Part shown: positions 56,209-64,000 of the stretch, piece by piece
How the letters are laid out: every line of letters begins with the position of its first letter
How positions within the stretch are numbered: position 1 is the stretch's first letter
Origin: Acidimicrobiia bacterium
GTDB lineage: Bacteria; Actinomycetota; Acidimicrobiia; Acidimicrobiales; JANYDT01
Direction: 5' to 3'
Length of the DNA: 64,000 bases
Assembly (NCBI GenBank): GCA_031423635.1
Contig: JANPFX010000083.1
Coordinates: 5,108 to 69,107, forward strand
Notes under the pieces: model-generated
Databases searched by the model: none
Told to the model about the DNA's origin: nothing
The model's input: the letters and a program-made list of their open reading frames with translations, nothing else
Program-made: the position numbers and the translations under genes

Positions 56209-58656
56209 ATGACCTCGTTCCTGCTCGCCTCGTTGTTCGCCGTCACCGTGGCATCGGCGGCGTCCCTCGTCGCGGCCACGGTCTTCAGCGGAAACGTCCC
56301 TGACGTTCGTCGTTCGCTCTCTGGCGCGGTGTCGATCATCATCGTGGGGGGGTCGTCGCTCGGCGCCGGGCTTGCCTCGGGCGCACCTACTGGTTCACGA
56401 GCCGTTGATCTCGGTTACCGCGTCGGCTTCGGCGCCGTACTCCCGGTCGCCGGGGGAGCCTGTTCGCTCGCCCTGCTCACGCTCGGCGGAGTTGCCGCGG
56501 CTGCTGCACTCCTCACCGGCGCGGGAACTGCAGCTCCCCTGGCCATGGCAAGCCTCATCCCGGGCGCAACGTTCGGCGTCCACCGCGGCCGGACATCGCA
56601 GGGCGACGCCCGTGGCGATTCGGCCGGGGCGCTCCAACTCAGTCACCTCACACGCCTCGGCTGCGGTGGTCTCCTGGCGAACGCGCTCCTTCGGCTGCCC
56701 ACTGATTTCTGGGTGGGTGTTCCCACGGTGGTCGCTGGCGCCATCGCGGTGATCGTTCTTGCGGGCGCGATCCGGCAGACGTCGCGGCGGACCCGCCGGG
56801 CCGTCCTCACCGGAGTAGCCGCAGCAGCGTTGGCGGCGGGTGTCGCCGCGGCACTCGCCGGATTCGCGGCACGAGAGGCCCGCACGTCGGCGGAGGCCGG
56901 CATCGATGCCGCACGCGAGGCACTCGGAGCGGCGCGGCGTGGCGACTCCGACGCGGCGACGATCGGCTTCCAGAACGCCACGAGGCTGTTTCGAGCGGCC
57001 GATCGGGGCCTTCGCGCACCCCGCACATCGCTCGGGACGTTCGTGCCGATCGTTGGTCCGAACCTGCGTGTCGCTCGACGCTTCACCGCCGCTGGCGCCG
57101 ATGTGGCCGAGACCGCAGCCACCGCAGTCGGTGCGGCAAATCTCTCCGACATGCGGCTCGAAGATGGCCGCATCGACGTCGACAGGATCGACGCGCTCCG
57201 GCTGCCCGTCGGGAGAGCACGCGACGCTGTGGAGCGCGCCTTCGCGTCGCTCGCAACGGCCGACGGCCCATGGACGGCCACCGTCATCAGGAACAAGGTG
57301 CGTTCGCTCCGCACCGAACTCGTCGACGCCCGGAAGTCGACGGCCGACGCAGGCGCGATCCTGGCCGCGCTGCCCGACCTTCTCGGCCGTTCCGGGCCGA
57401 GGCGCTATCTCATCGTCGTGCCCTCGCCCGCGGAGGCGAGCGGAAGCGGGGGCCTCATCGGCAACTACGGCGAGATCACCGCGGTCAACGGCAGGGTGAG
57501 CCTCTCCCGTTTCGGACGGACGATCGAACTCAATCGAAACGGTGTGCCCGGACCGCAGCGAGTTCTCCGCGCACGACCCGACTACATACGCCGGTACACC
57601 CAGTTCGAGGTGTCGCAGCTCTGGCAGAACGTCACCCTCTCGCCCGACTTCCCGTCGTCGGCCGAGGCAATGGCGTCGCTCTACCCGCAGTCCGGGGGCT
57701 CCGAGGTCGACGGCATCTTCAGCGCCGACCCCTACGCGCTCGCAGCAATACTACGGATCACCGGACCCGTTGCCTTGGCCGACTGGCCCGAACCGATCAC
57801 CGCCGAGAACGCCCCGCGAATCCTTCTTCACGATTGGTATTCGCAACTGACGGAAGAGCGCAACCTCGAACGTATCGACCTGCAGGGAGAGGTCGCTTCG
57901 GAAGCGTGGTCCCGGTTGTTCACTGCGCCGATCCCGCCGATGGGGACGCTGGGTGCCACCATGGGTGACGTCGTACGTTCGCGTCATCTGCAATTCTGGG
58001 CGCGGCGTGAACGGGAGCAGGCGTTCTTCCGCCAGCTTGGTTTGGACGGTTCGATGGGACCGCTCGAGGGTGATGGGTTCGCGGCCGTGACCAACAACGC
58101 CGGTGCCAACAAGATCGAGTGGTACCTGTACCGCACGATCGGGTACGACGCTCAGATCGACGTCGCCACCGGCAGGGTGCGATCGACCGCAACGATCGAG
58201 ATGCGCAACGAGGCTCCGGCCGTCGGGGAACCGCCATACGTCATCGGGAACGGTGCGACGCCGCCCGCACCCGAAGGCACGTCGATCCAGTACCTGTCCC
58301 TCTACTCTCCGCTGCGTCTCGTGGGGGCGACCTTCGACGGCGTTCCATTGGAGATGACCAGCGAGATCGAGCTTGGGCGGAACGTCTACTCGGGCTGGAT
58401 CCGCATTCCGCCGAAAGGCAACGGCACCGTCGTCGCCGAATTCGAAGGTGTCCTCGAGTCGGTCTGGACGGAGGGGTACTCCGTGGAGCTCGGCTGCCAA
58501 GCCATGGTCAACCCCGACCAGGCTCGCGTGCGCTTGCGGATCTCACCGGTGAGCGCATCGGTGTCCGACGACGGCGAACGGACCCTCGCTGCTGACGAAC
58601 CGTTGGTCTGCCGGAAGCGCTACCGGCTCGGTCAGACGCCGTCCGCGCCGCGCTGA
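56209..58656 (+). CDS. DUF4012 domain membrane protein
   Basis: An N-terminal polytopic region is followed by RYLIVVPSPAEASGSGGLIGNYGEITAVNGRVSL and FSADPYALAAILRITGPV. The start was set at the ATG at 56209. Confidence 0.75.
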   Translation: MTSFLLASLFAVTVASAASLVAATVFSGNVPDVRRSLSGAVSIIIVGGSSLGAGLASGAPTGSRAVDLGYRVGFGAVLPVAGGACSLALLTLGGVAAAAALLTGAGTAAPLAMASLIPGATFGVHRGRTSQGDARGDSAGALQLSHLTRLGCGGLLANALLRLPTDFWVGVPTVVAGAIAVIVLAGAIRQTSRRTRRAVLTGVAAAALAAGVAAALAGFAAREARTSAEAGIDAAREALGAARRGDSDAATIGFQNATRLFRAADRGLRAPRTSLGTFVPIVGPNLRVARRFTAAGADVAETAATAVGAANLSDMRLEDGRIDVDRIDALRLPVGRARDAVERAFASLATADGPWTATVIRNKVRSLRTELVDARKSTADAGAILAALPDLLGRSGPRRYLIVVPSPAEASGSGGLIGNYGEITAVNGRVSLSRFGRTIELNRNGVPGPQRVLRARPDYIRRYTQFEVSQLWQNVTLSPDFPSSAEAMASLYPQSGGSEVDGIFSADPYALAAILRITGPVALADWPEPITAENAPRILLHDWYSQLTEERNLERIDLQGEVASEAWSRLFTAPIPPMGTLGATMGDVVRSRHLQFWARREREQAFFRQLGLDGSMGPLEGDGFAAVTNNAGANKIEWYLYRTIGYDAQIDVATGRVRSTATIEMRNEAPAVGEPPYVIGNGATPPAPEGTSIQYLSLYSPLRLVGATFDGVPLEMTSEIELGRNVYSGWIRIPPKGNGTVVAEFEGVLESVWTEGYSVELGCQAMVNPDQARVRLRISPVSASVSDDGERTLAADEPLVCRKRYRLGQTPSAPR

Positions 58657-58686
58657 CCGGCATCAGAAGCGGGCGGTCGGGGGGCT

Positions 58687-59103
58687 TCAGGCGGTGCGGC
58701 GACGACGGCGACGACCAACGAGCACGAATGCCGCACCGGCGCCGACCAGCGCAGCACCTGCGGCGGTGAGCGGAACGGTGGCGTTCGAGCCGGTGAAGGC
58801 CGGCTGGCTGAAGCTCTCACCAAGGACCGACGCCGAAGCGGGCGCGACCGAAGGCTCGGGCGCAGCCTTCGTCGACGGGAGCACCGTTGCGGGCGCCGAC
58901 GAGGGCGCCGGCGGAACCGAGGTGCCCGGAGCCGACGACGGGGGCACAGACGACGGGGGCACAGACGACGACACGACCGTCGGGGGCACTGTCGACGGTG
59001 GTGTGATCGGATACTGCGTCTGCGCACCGGCGTGACTCACGCCCCCGAACACGGTAAGGCCCGCGGCGAGGAGGAAGGCGAATCGGAATCGAGACCTGTT
59101 CAC
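58687..59103 (-). CDS. secreted Pro/Ser-rich protein with sortase-type C-terminal sorting signal (variant motif)
   Basis: Signal peptide FAFLLAAGLTVFGGVSHAGA and VPPSS repeats. The C-terminus is QPAFTGSN + hydrophobic AAGAALVGAGAAFVLVG + RRRRRR. The start is the GTG at 59103. Confidence 0.65.
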   Translation of the reverse strand: MNRSRFRFAFLLAAGLTVFGGVSHAGAQTQYPITPPSTVPPTVVSSSVPPSSVPPSSAPGTSVPPAPSSAPATVLPSTKAAPEPSVAPASASVLGESFSQPAFTGSNATVPLTAAGAALVGAGAAFVLVGRRRRRRTA

Positions 59104-59425
59104 ACCGCCATTCTCACACAGCGTGGTCAATAGTGCAACCGTGAACGGCCGATCAGGCCGAAGGACCCAACGTTTGGAGCCGAATGGCCACCGGAAGGGG
59201 CACCGGGGAAAAACCGAACCGTGGAACCGGAGCGCGAAAAGGAGCACCCAGATTCATGTCCGGCTTCACCCCTCGCCCAACGCGCGAGCCCGGCGGGACT
59301 AGCTTCGACCCTCGAACGTTCGCCGTGCAACGCTCGCTGGATGGCCGCTCAGCGTTGACACGAGTAGTCACTGTCCGTGTACGGTGGAGCGAATTAACCA
59401 CTCAGAGCGCGCATCAGGAGAAGGC

Positions 59426-60445
59426 ATGAGAGTCGTTGTCACTGGACATGAAGGGTACGTAGGGGCGGTCCTCGTACCGCTCCTGGTCGACGCCGGACAC
59501 GAGGTGATCGGGCTTGACAGCGGCCTGTTCCGCGGATGCGACCTTTCCCAGGTGCTCGCAGTACCCATGATCGAACGCGACACTCGCGACGTCACGCCCG
59601 CCGATCTCGAAGGCGCCGACGCCGTGATCCACTTGGCGGCGATCTCCAACGACCCGATCGGGCACCTCAACCCGCAGATCACCTACGACGTCAACCACCT
59701 CGCGTCGGTTCGGCTCGCCCGGGTGGCGAAGGAGGCCGGCGTCGGTCGCTTCCTGTTCTCTTCGTCATGTTCGCTCTACGGCAAGGGGGGCGACGCGGAA
59801 GTTGACGAGGGCGGGCAGTTCCAGCCGGTCACGCCGTATGGCGAGTCCAAGGTCTTGGCCGAGCAGGACATCGCCGCTCTCGCCGACGACACGTTCTCGC
59901 CGACGTACCTCCGGAACGCGACTGCGTACGGTGCGTCACCCAGGCTGCGCGGCGACATCGTTGTCAACAACCTCACGGGATTCGCCTACACCGTCGGGGA
60001 AGTCCGCCTCCAGAGCGACGGAACGCCGTGGCGGCCCCTCGTCCACGTCGAGGACATCAGCCGCGCCTTCCTCGCCATCATGGAAGCCCCGCGCGACTGG
60101 ATCCACAACGAGGCGTTCAACGTCGGCATGCCCGGCGAGAACTACCAGATCCGAGACGTCGCCAACATCGTGATGGAAACGGTGCCGGACAGCAGGATCA
60201 CGTTCGCTGCCGACGCCGGCCCGGACCTCCGCAACTACCGGGTCAGCTTCGACAAGCTGGCCAGCAGGGTTCCGACCTTCCGACCGAAGTGGAACGTCCG
60301 ATCCGGCGCCGCACAACTGCTCGAGGCATTCAAGTTGGGGGGCCTAACGCTCGAAGACCTAACCGGGCCGAAATTCACTCGTCTCGAAAAGGTGAAGCTC
60401 CTCATGCTCGACGGACGACTGACCGCCGAGCTCCGCTGGAACTGA
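59426..60445 (+). CDS. NAD-dependent sugar epimerase/dehydratase (extended SDR)
   Basis: [13 protein letters not shown] (GxxGxxG) and YGESKVLAE (YxxxK). A GGAGAAGG RBS lies before the ATG at 59426. Confidence 0.88.
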   Translation: MRVVVTGHEGYVGAVLVPLLVDAGHEVIGLDSGLFRGCDLSQVLAVPMIERDTRDVTPADLEGADAVIHLAAISNDPIGHLNPQITYDVNHLASVRLARVAKEAGVGRFLFSSSCSLYGKGGDAEVDEGGQFQPVTPYGESKVLAEQDIAALADDTFSPTYLRNATAYGASPRLRGDIVVNNLTGFAYTVGEVRLQSDGTPWRPLVHVEDISRAFLAIMEAPRDWIHNEAFNVGMPGENYQIRDVANIVMETVPDSRITFAADAGPDLRNYRVSFDKLASRVPTFRPKWNVRSGAAQLLEAFKLGGLTLEDLTGPKFTRLEKVKLLMLDGRLTAELRWN

Positions 60446-60552
60446 CACCGACAACCCGAATCGACCAAAGACCACCGACCCGTGCCTCGCTGCACCACGA
60501 CCGACCCGCCGAGGAGCTTCTCGGCGGGGCCCCAGAACTGGAGACACCACCG

Positions 60553-61101
60553 ATGAAGTTCACCGAGCTCGGAATTCCCGGGGTCTTCGCGGTCGACCTC
60601 GACGAGCGTTCCGACGATCGCGGCTTCTTCGCCCGCTCGTACTGCGACGACGAGTTCGCCGCACACGGCCTGGCCAGTCACATGGTTCAGACGAACGTCA
60701 GTTTCAACCACCTGGCCGGCACCATTCGCGGGATGCACATGCAGCGGGAACCGCACGGCGAGGTGAAGCTCGTGCGGGCTGTTCGAGGCGCAATCCTCGA
60801 TGTCGTCGTGGACATGCGGCGCGATTCGTCGTCCTACCTCAGCAGCGTTGCCGTCGAACTCACGGATACAAATCGCCGAGCGCTCTATGTGCCCATCGGA
60901 TTCGCGCACGGATACCAGGCGCTGACAGACAGCGCCGAGGTCCTCTACCAGGTGTCGACCGTCTACGCCCCAGGGTTCGAACAGGGCTACCGATTCGATG
61001 ATCCCTCGTTCGGCATCGACTGGCTGCTTCCCGTGAGTGCGATCTCCGAGAAGGACGCCACCTGGCCATTGCTCGCCAACGAAGAGCAGGGCGCGGCGTA
61101 G
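60553..61101 (+). CDS. dTDP-4-dehydrorhamnose 3,5-epimerase-like cupin
   Basis: DDRGFFARSY...GTIRGMHMQ...KLVRAVRGAILDVVVDMR...LYVPIGFAHGYQAL...YRFDDPSFGIDW. The start is the ATG at 60553. Confidence 0.88.
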   Translation: MKFTELGIPGVFAVDLDERSDDRGFFARSYCDDEFAAHGLASHMVQTNVSFNHLAGTIRGMHMQREPHGEVKLVRAVRGAILDVVVDMRRDSSSYLSSVAVELTDTNRRALYVPIGFAHGYQALTDSAEVLYQVSTVYAPGFEQGYRFDDPSFGIDWLLPVSAISEKDATWPLLANEEQGAA

Positions 61102-61105
61102 CGCC

Positions 61106-62398
61106 ATGCACATCATCGACAACGCCTTACGGCGACGCGCCGAAGAGGGGCGTCCCATTCGCGTCGGCATGATCGGTGCTGGGTTCATGGCCGACGGTCT
61201 CACCAATCAGATCGTGAATTCGACGCCCGGCATGGAACTCGTGGCGATCGCCAACCGCACTCCGGAGAAGGCCGCTGCGCTCTTCACGAAGGCCGGCGTT
61301 CCTTCGCGTCGGGTCGACACACAAGCGGCCTTTGCTGCCGCGACGGAGGCCGGTATCGCCGCCGTCACAGCAGATCCGTTCCTGCTGTGCGAATCCCCTG
61401 CGATCGATGTCATCGTGGAAGTGACCGGCGCCATCGAGTACAGCGCACACATCGTCGTACGGGCGATGGAACACGGGAAGCACGTCGTGTTGATGAACGC
61501 GGAGCTCGATGGAACCATCGGGCCGATCCTCAAGACCTACGCCGATCGTGCTGGTGTCATCCTCACGGGTTGCGACGGTGATCAACCCGGTGTGGAGATG
61601 AACCTGTTCCGTTTCGTGAAGGGCATGGGACTCACACCACTGGTCTGCGGGAACATCAAGGGCCTTCAGGACCCCTACCGCACGCCGACGACGCAGGCCG
61701 GTTTCGCCGAGAAATGGGGGCAGAATCCGACGATGGTCACCAGCTTCGCCGATGGTACGAAGATCTCGTTCGAGCAGGCAATCGTGGCGAACGCGACCGG
61801 AATGAAGGTGGCTAGGCGTGGCATGGTCGGCGCCGAGTTCGCAGGACACGTCGATGAGCTCACGACGCACTACGACATCGATGAACTGCGCGCGAACGGC
61901 GGCTTCGTCGACTACGTCGTTGGCTTCAACATCAAGCCCGGACCAGGCGTGTTCGTCCTCGCCACCCACGACGACCCGAAGCAGCGCCATTACCTGAACC
62001 TCTACAAACTCGGCGAAGGCCCGCTGTACTCCTTCTATACGCCGTACCACCTCTGTCATTTCGAAGTCCCGTCCTCGATCGCCCGGGCCGTGATCTTCGG
62101 TGATGCGGTCCTGCAACCGCTGGATGGACCGCTCGTCGACGTGATCACCACGGCGAAGACCGACCTTGCGGCGGGAACTGTCCTCGACGGGATGGGCGGC
62201 TTTCACACCTATGGCCAAGCAGAGAACCACTCCGTCGTTCGAGCCGAGGCTCTTCTCCCGATGGGACTGGCCGAAGGCTGCACCTTGCGTCGGGCCGTTG
62301 CGAAGGACGCCGTTCTCACGTACGACGACGTGGAGGTCCCTCCCGGTCGTCTCTGCGATGCACTGCGACGGGAGCAAAACGAGCGGTGGCCGGCGTGA
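61106..62398 (+). CDS. NAD(P)-binding oxidoreductase with C-terminal SAF domain (homoserine-dehydrogenase-like)
   Basis: IRVGMIGAGFMADG...GCDGDQPGVEMNLFRFVKGMGL...NIKGLQDPYRTPTTQAGFAEKWGQNPTMVTSFADGTK. Confidence 0.75.
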   Translation: MHIIDNALRRRAEEGRPIRVGMIGAGFMADGLTNQIVNSTPGMELVAIANRTPEKAAALFTKAGVPSRRVDTQAAFAAATEAGIAAVTADPFLLCESPAIDVIVEVTGAIEYSAHIVVRAMEHGKHVVLMNAELDGTIGPILKTYADRAGVILTGCDGDQPGVEMNLFRFVKGMGLTPLVCGNIKGLQDPYRTPTTQAGFAEKWGQNPTMVTSFADGTKISFEQAIVANATGMKVARRGMVGAEFAGHVDELTTHYDIDELRANGGFVDYVVGFNIKPGPGVFVLATHDDPKQRHYLNLYKLGEGPLYSFYTPYHLCHFEVPSSIARAVIFGDAVLQPLDGPLVDVITTAKTDLAAGTVLDGMGGFHTYGQAENHSVVRAEALLPMGLAEGCTLRRAVAKDAVLTYDDVEVPPGRLCDALRREQNERWPA

Positions 62399-63405
62399 CC
62401 AGCCCCTCTTCGGGCTTCGTCGAGGCCGCACCTCTCGACACGGACGTGCGGGTCTCGGTCATCGTTCCCGGCCGCAACGTCGAAGCCACCCTTGCGCAGA
62501 CGCTCGACTCGCTTCTCGCTCAGACGTTCTCGGACTTCGAGCTGATCTTCTCGGACAACGGATCAACAGATCGCACCGTCGAGATCGCGAAGAGCTACTG
62601 CAGGCGCTTCAAAGCATTGCGAGTGATCGACGCTTCGGTCTCACCGGGGTCAGGGTTCGCACGGCGAGCCGGTGTCGAGGTGGCGAGCGGCGACCTGTTG
62701 ATCTTCATCGACTCCGACGATGTGGTGAGCGAGAACTACATCGAGGCGATGTCGGCGGCTCTGCGGACGAGGACGTTCGTGCACGGCGCCCAGGACATGA
62801 CCCTGCTCAACCCGACCTGGGTGAGTCAGGTCCAGCCAGGACGGGGTTCGCGAACCGAGACGGTGGGTGGCTGGAAGTTCGCCGGCAGCGCAACACTCGG
62901 CGTCCGCCGAGGTGCCTACGACGCGGTCGGTGGCTTCTGCACCGAACCCGAGATCGCCGAGGACAACGACTTCTGCTTCCGCATGAGGGTGGCTGGGCAT
63001 GATCTGCAGGTGGTCCCAGAGGCCATCGTGCATGTCCGCCAGAAGTTCACGTTCAAGTCGGCGTTCAATCAGGGGCGGTACTACGGCCGGTGCCACGGTC
63101 ATACGAACCGACTGTGGCGACCGATGGGTCTGCCGGTGGAGTCGGAATGGACACTCGCCGGCCGCGCCCTGCGGCTGTTCACGCCCCGGCGGCTTCGATC
63201 CTTGCGTTCCCTCAAGGGACGTTATCCGTGGATCGTGGAAGTCGGTTCGGTGGGAGCGCGGGTATGGGCAAATGTCAAAGACGTCGTCACCCGGCGCGAG
63301 TTCCGACCTGCGACGGGTCTGATCAGACCGAGCGTCGATCCGTTCCTCGAACCATTCCGGGCGCAGCGTCACGAACGCCCCGAAGGACAGCCACCTGCAG
63401 TGTGA
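62386..63405 (+). CDS. family 2 glycosyltransferase
   Basis: VSVIVPGRNVEATLAQTLDSLLAQTFSDFELIFSDNGSTDRT...LIFIDSDD. An alternative start is the GTG at 62395, which forms a GTGA overlap with the upstream stop. Confidence 0.88.
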   Translation: MAGVTSPSSGFVEAAPLDTDVRVSVIVPGRNVEATLAQTLDSLLAQTFSDFELIFSDNGSTDRTVEIAKSYCRRFKALRVIDASVSPGSGFARRAGVEVASGDLLIFIDSDDVVSENYIEAMSAALRTRTFVHGAQDMTLLNPTWVSQVQPGRGSRTETVGGWKFAGSATLGVRRGAYDAVGGFCTEPEIAEDNDFCFRMRVAGHDLQVVPEAIVHVRQKFTFKSAFNQGRYYGRCHGHTNRLWRPMGLPVESEWTLAGRALRLFTPRRLRSLRSLKGRYPWIVEVGSVGARVWANVKDVVTRREFRPATGLIRPSVDPFLEPFRAQRHERPEGQPPAV

Positions 63406-63576
63406 GCACCAAGGGACGACCACACCCTGTGGGCGCAGGCTAGGTCGTTCGGCCCAAAAAAGTGCAGAACGCGGTTTCAGTTCTGTAGACTTTGCACTGT
63501 GGAGTCGCTGATCACGCTCGGTACGACTCGCCCTTCGGCAAGGTCCGGGATCCGAAGTCGTCAACGAGCAGTCGCC

Positions 63577-64000
63577 ATGGTCACCGCTGCCGTGATGGCC
63601 ATCGCTGGTGCCCTTGTGCTGGCAAGTCCGCCCAGCGGAGCCACGGCGTGCACGCAGAAGGTGCTCAACATCGTCGCCCATTACGACGACGACCTCTACT
63701 TCCTCAACCCGGACATCCAAGAGGACATCACCGCCGGGCGCTGCGTGCGCACCACCTTCGTAACGGGCGGCGACGCCGGCTACAGCCTCGGCTACGTCGG
63801 GTCGCGTGAGTCAGGCATCATGGCCGCGTACGCCCGAATGGCGGGCCAGGCCAGCACCTGGACGACCACGACTGCTGCCGTCGGCCTGGAAACGACCCTC
63901 ACGGGCGACAACCGGATCTCCTTGCAGTTCATGCGCCTGCCCGAAGGCGGCGCTTACGGATTCGGCTACCCGAGCACCGGCAACGTGTCGCTCATGCAAC
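63577..64000 (+). CDS. PIG-L/LmbE-family deacetylase, secreted, 5' part (runs off right edge)
   Basis: Own translation gives MVTAAVMAIAGALVLASPPSGATACTQKVLNIVAHYDDDLYFLNPDI...FVTGGDAG. This shows the AH(P/Y)DD motif. An alternative start is the GTG at 63499. It is missing from the ORF track because there is no stop. Confidence 0.75.
   Translation, partial: MVTAAVMAIAGALVLASPPSGATACTQKVLNIVAHYDDDLYFLNPDIQEDITAGRCVRTTFVTGGDAGYSLGYVGSRESGIMAAYARMAGQASTWTTTTAAVGLETTLTGDNRISLQFMRLPEGGAYGFGYPSTGNVSLMQ

Noticed and set aside
58934-58970. A tandem 15-bp DNA repeat (GACGACGGGGGCACA x2 plus a partial copy).
   Set aside because: It lies inside the Pro/Ser-rich coding region and simply encodes the VPPSS peptide repeat. 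It is not a regulatory or CRISPR-like repeat.

Overview
This is a very GC-rich (judged by eye, not computed) chromosomal segment. Its gene content and order are typical of Actinomycetota. The backbone is conserved housekeeping synteny, almost all on the minus strand: mdh (partial), purH, groEL with CIRCE operators, rlmB, ispF-ispD-carD, crp, disA-radA, clpC1, lysS, coaX and engB. A class-level guess of Acidimicrobiia is possible but cannot be verified here. Accessory blocks are interleaved with this backbone:

- A pair of ABC exporter half-transporters.
- Two SpoIID/LytB paralogs, one next to two tandem paralogous secreted beta-sandwich proteins.
- A 1.3-kb decayed integrated islet at tRNA-Thr. 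It is flanked by 42-bp direct repeats and carries parDE plus an XRE regulator.
- An LppM-like lipoprotein coupled to a tandem CBM-like membrane protein.
- A DUF1800/DUF1501 pair with a MarR regulator.
- A cell-envelope glycan locus: Wzx-like flippase, DUF4012, sugar epimerases, a GT2 and a PIG-L deacetylase.

The strongest candidate for a new system is a tightly coupled minus-strand operon at about 50.3-52.9 kb. It encodes a MauE-like membrane protein, a MauD-like membrane-anchored thioredoxin, and a Tat-exported protein. The N-terminal module of that protein (12 Cys, Trp-rich) resembles the methylamine dehydrogenase light chain, and it is fused to three cell-wall-binding (CWB2-like) repeats. 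No heavy chain, amicyanin or MauG gene is nearby.

Two tRNAs were found: Thr-TGT and Arg-CCT. No rRNA, CRISPR array, transposase or integrase was seen. Many long ORFs in the track are antisense shadow ORFs of the kind common in high-GC DNA and were not called. Several starts were moved downstream of the ORF-track start on the basis of conserved N-termini.
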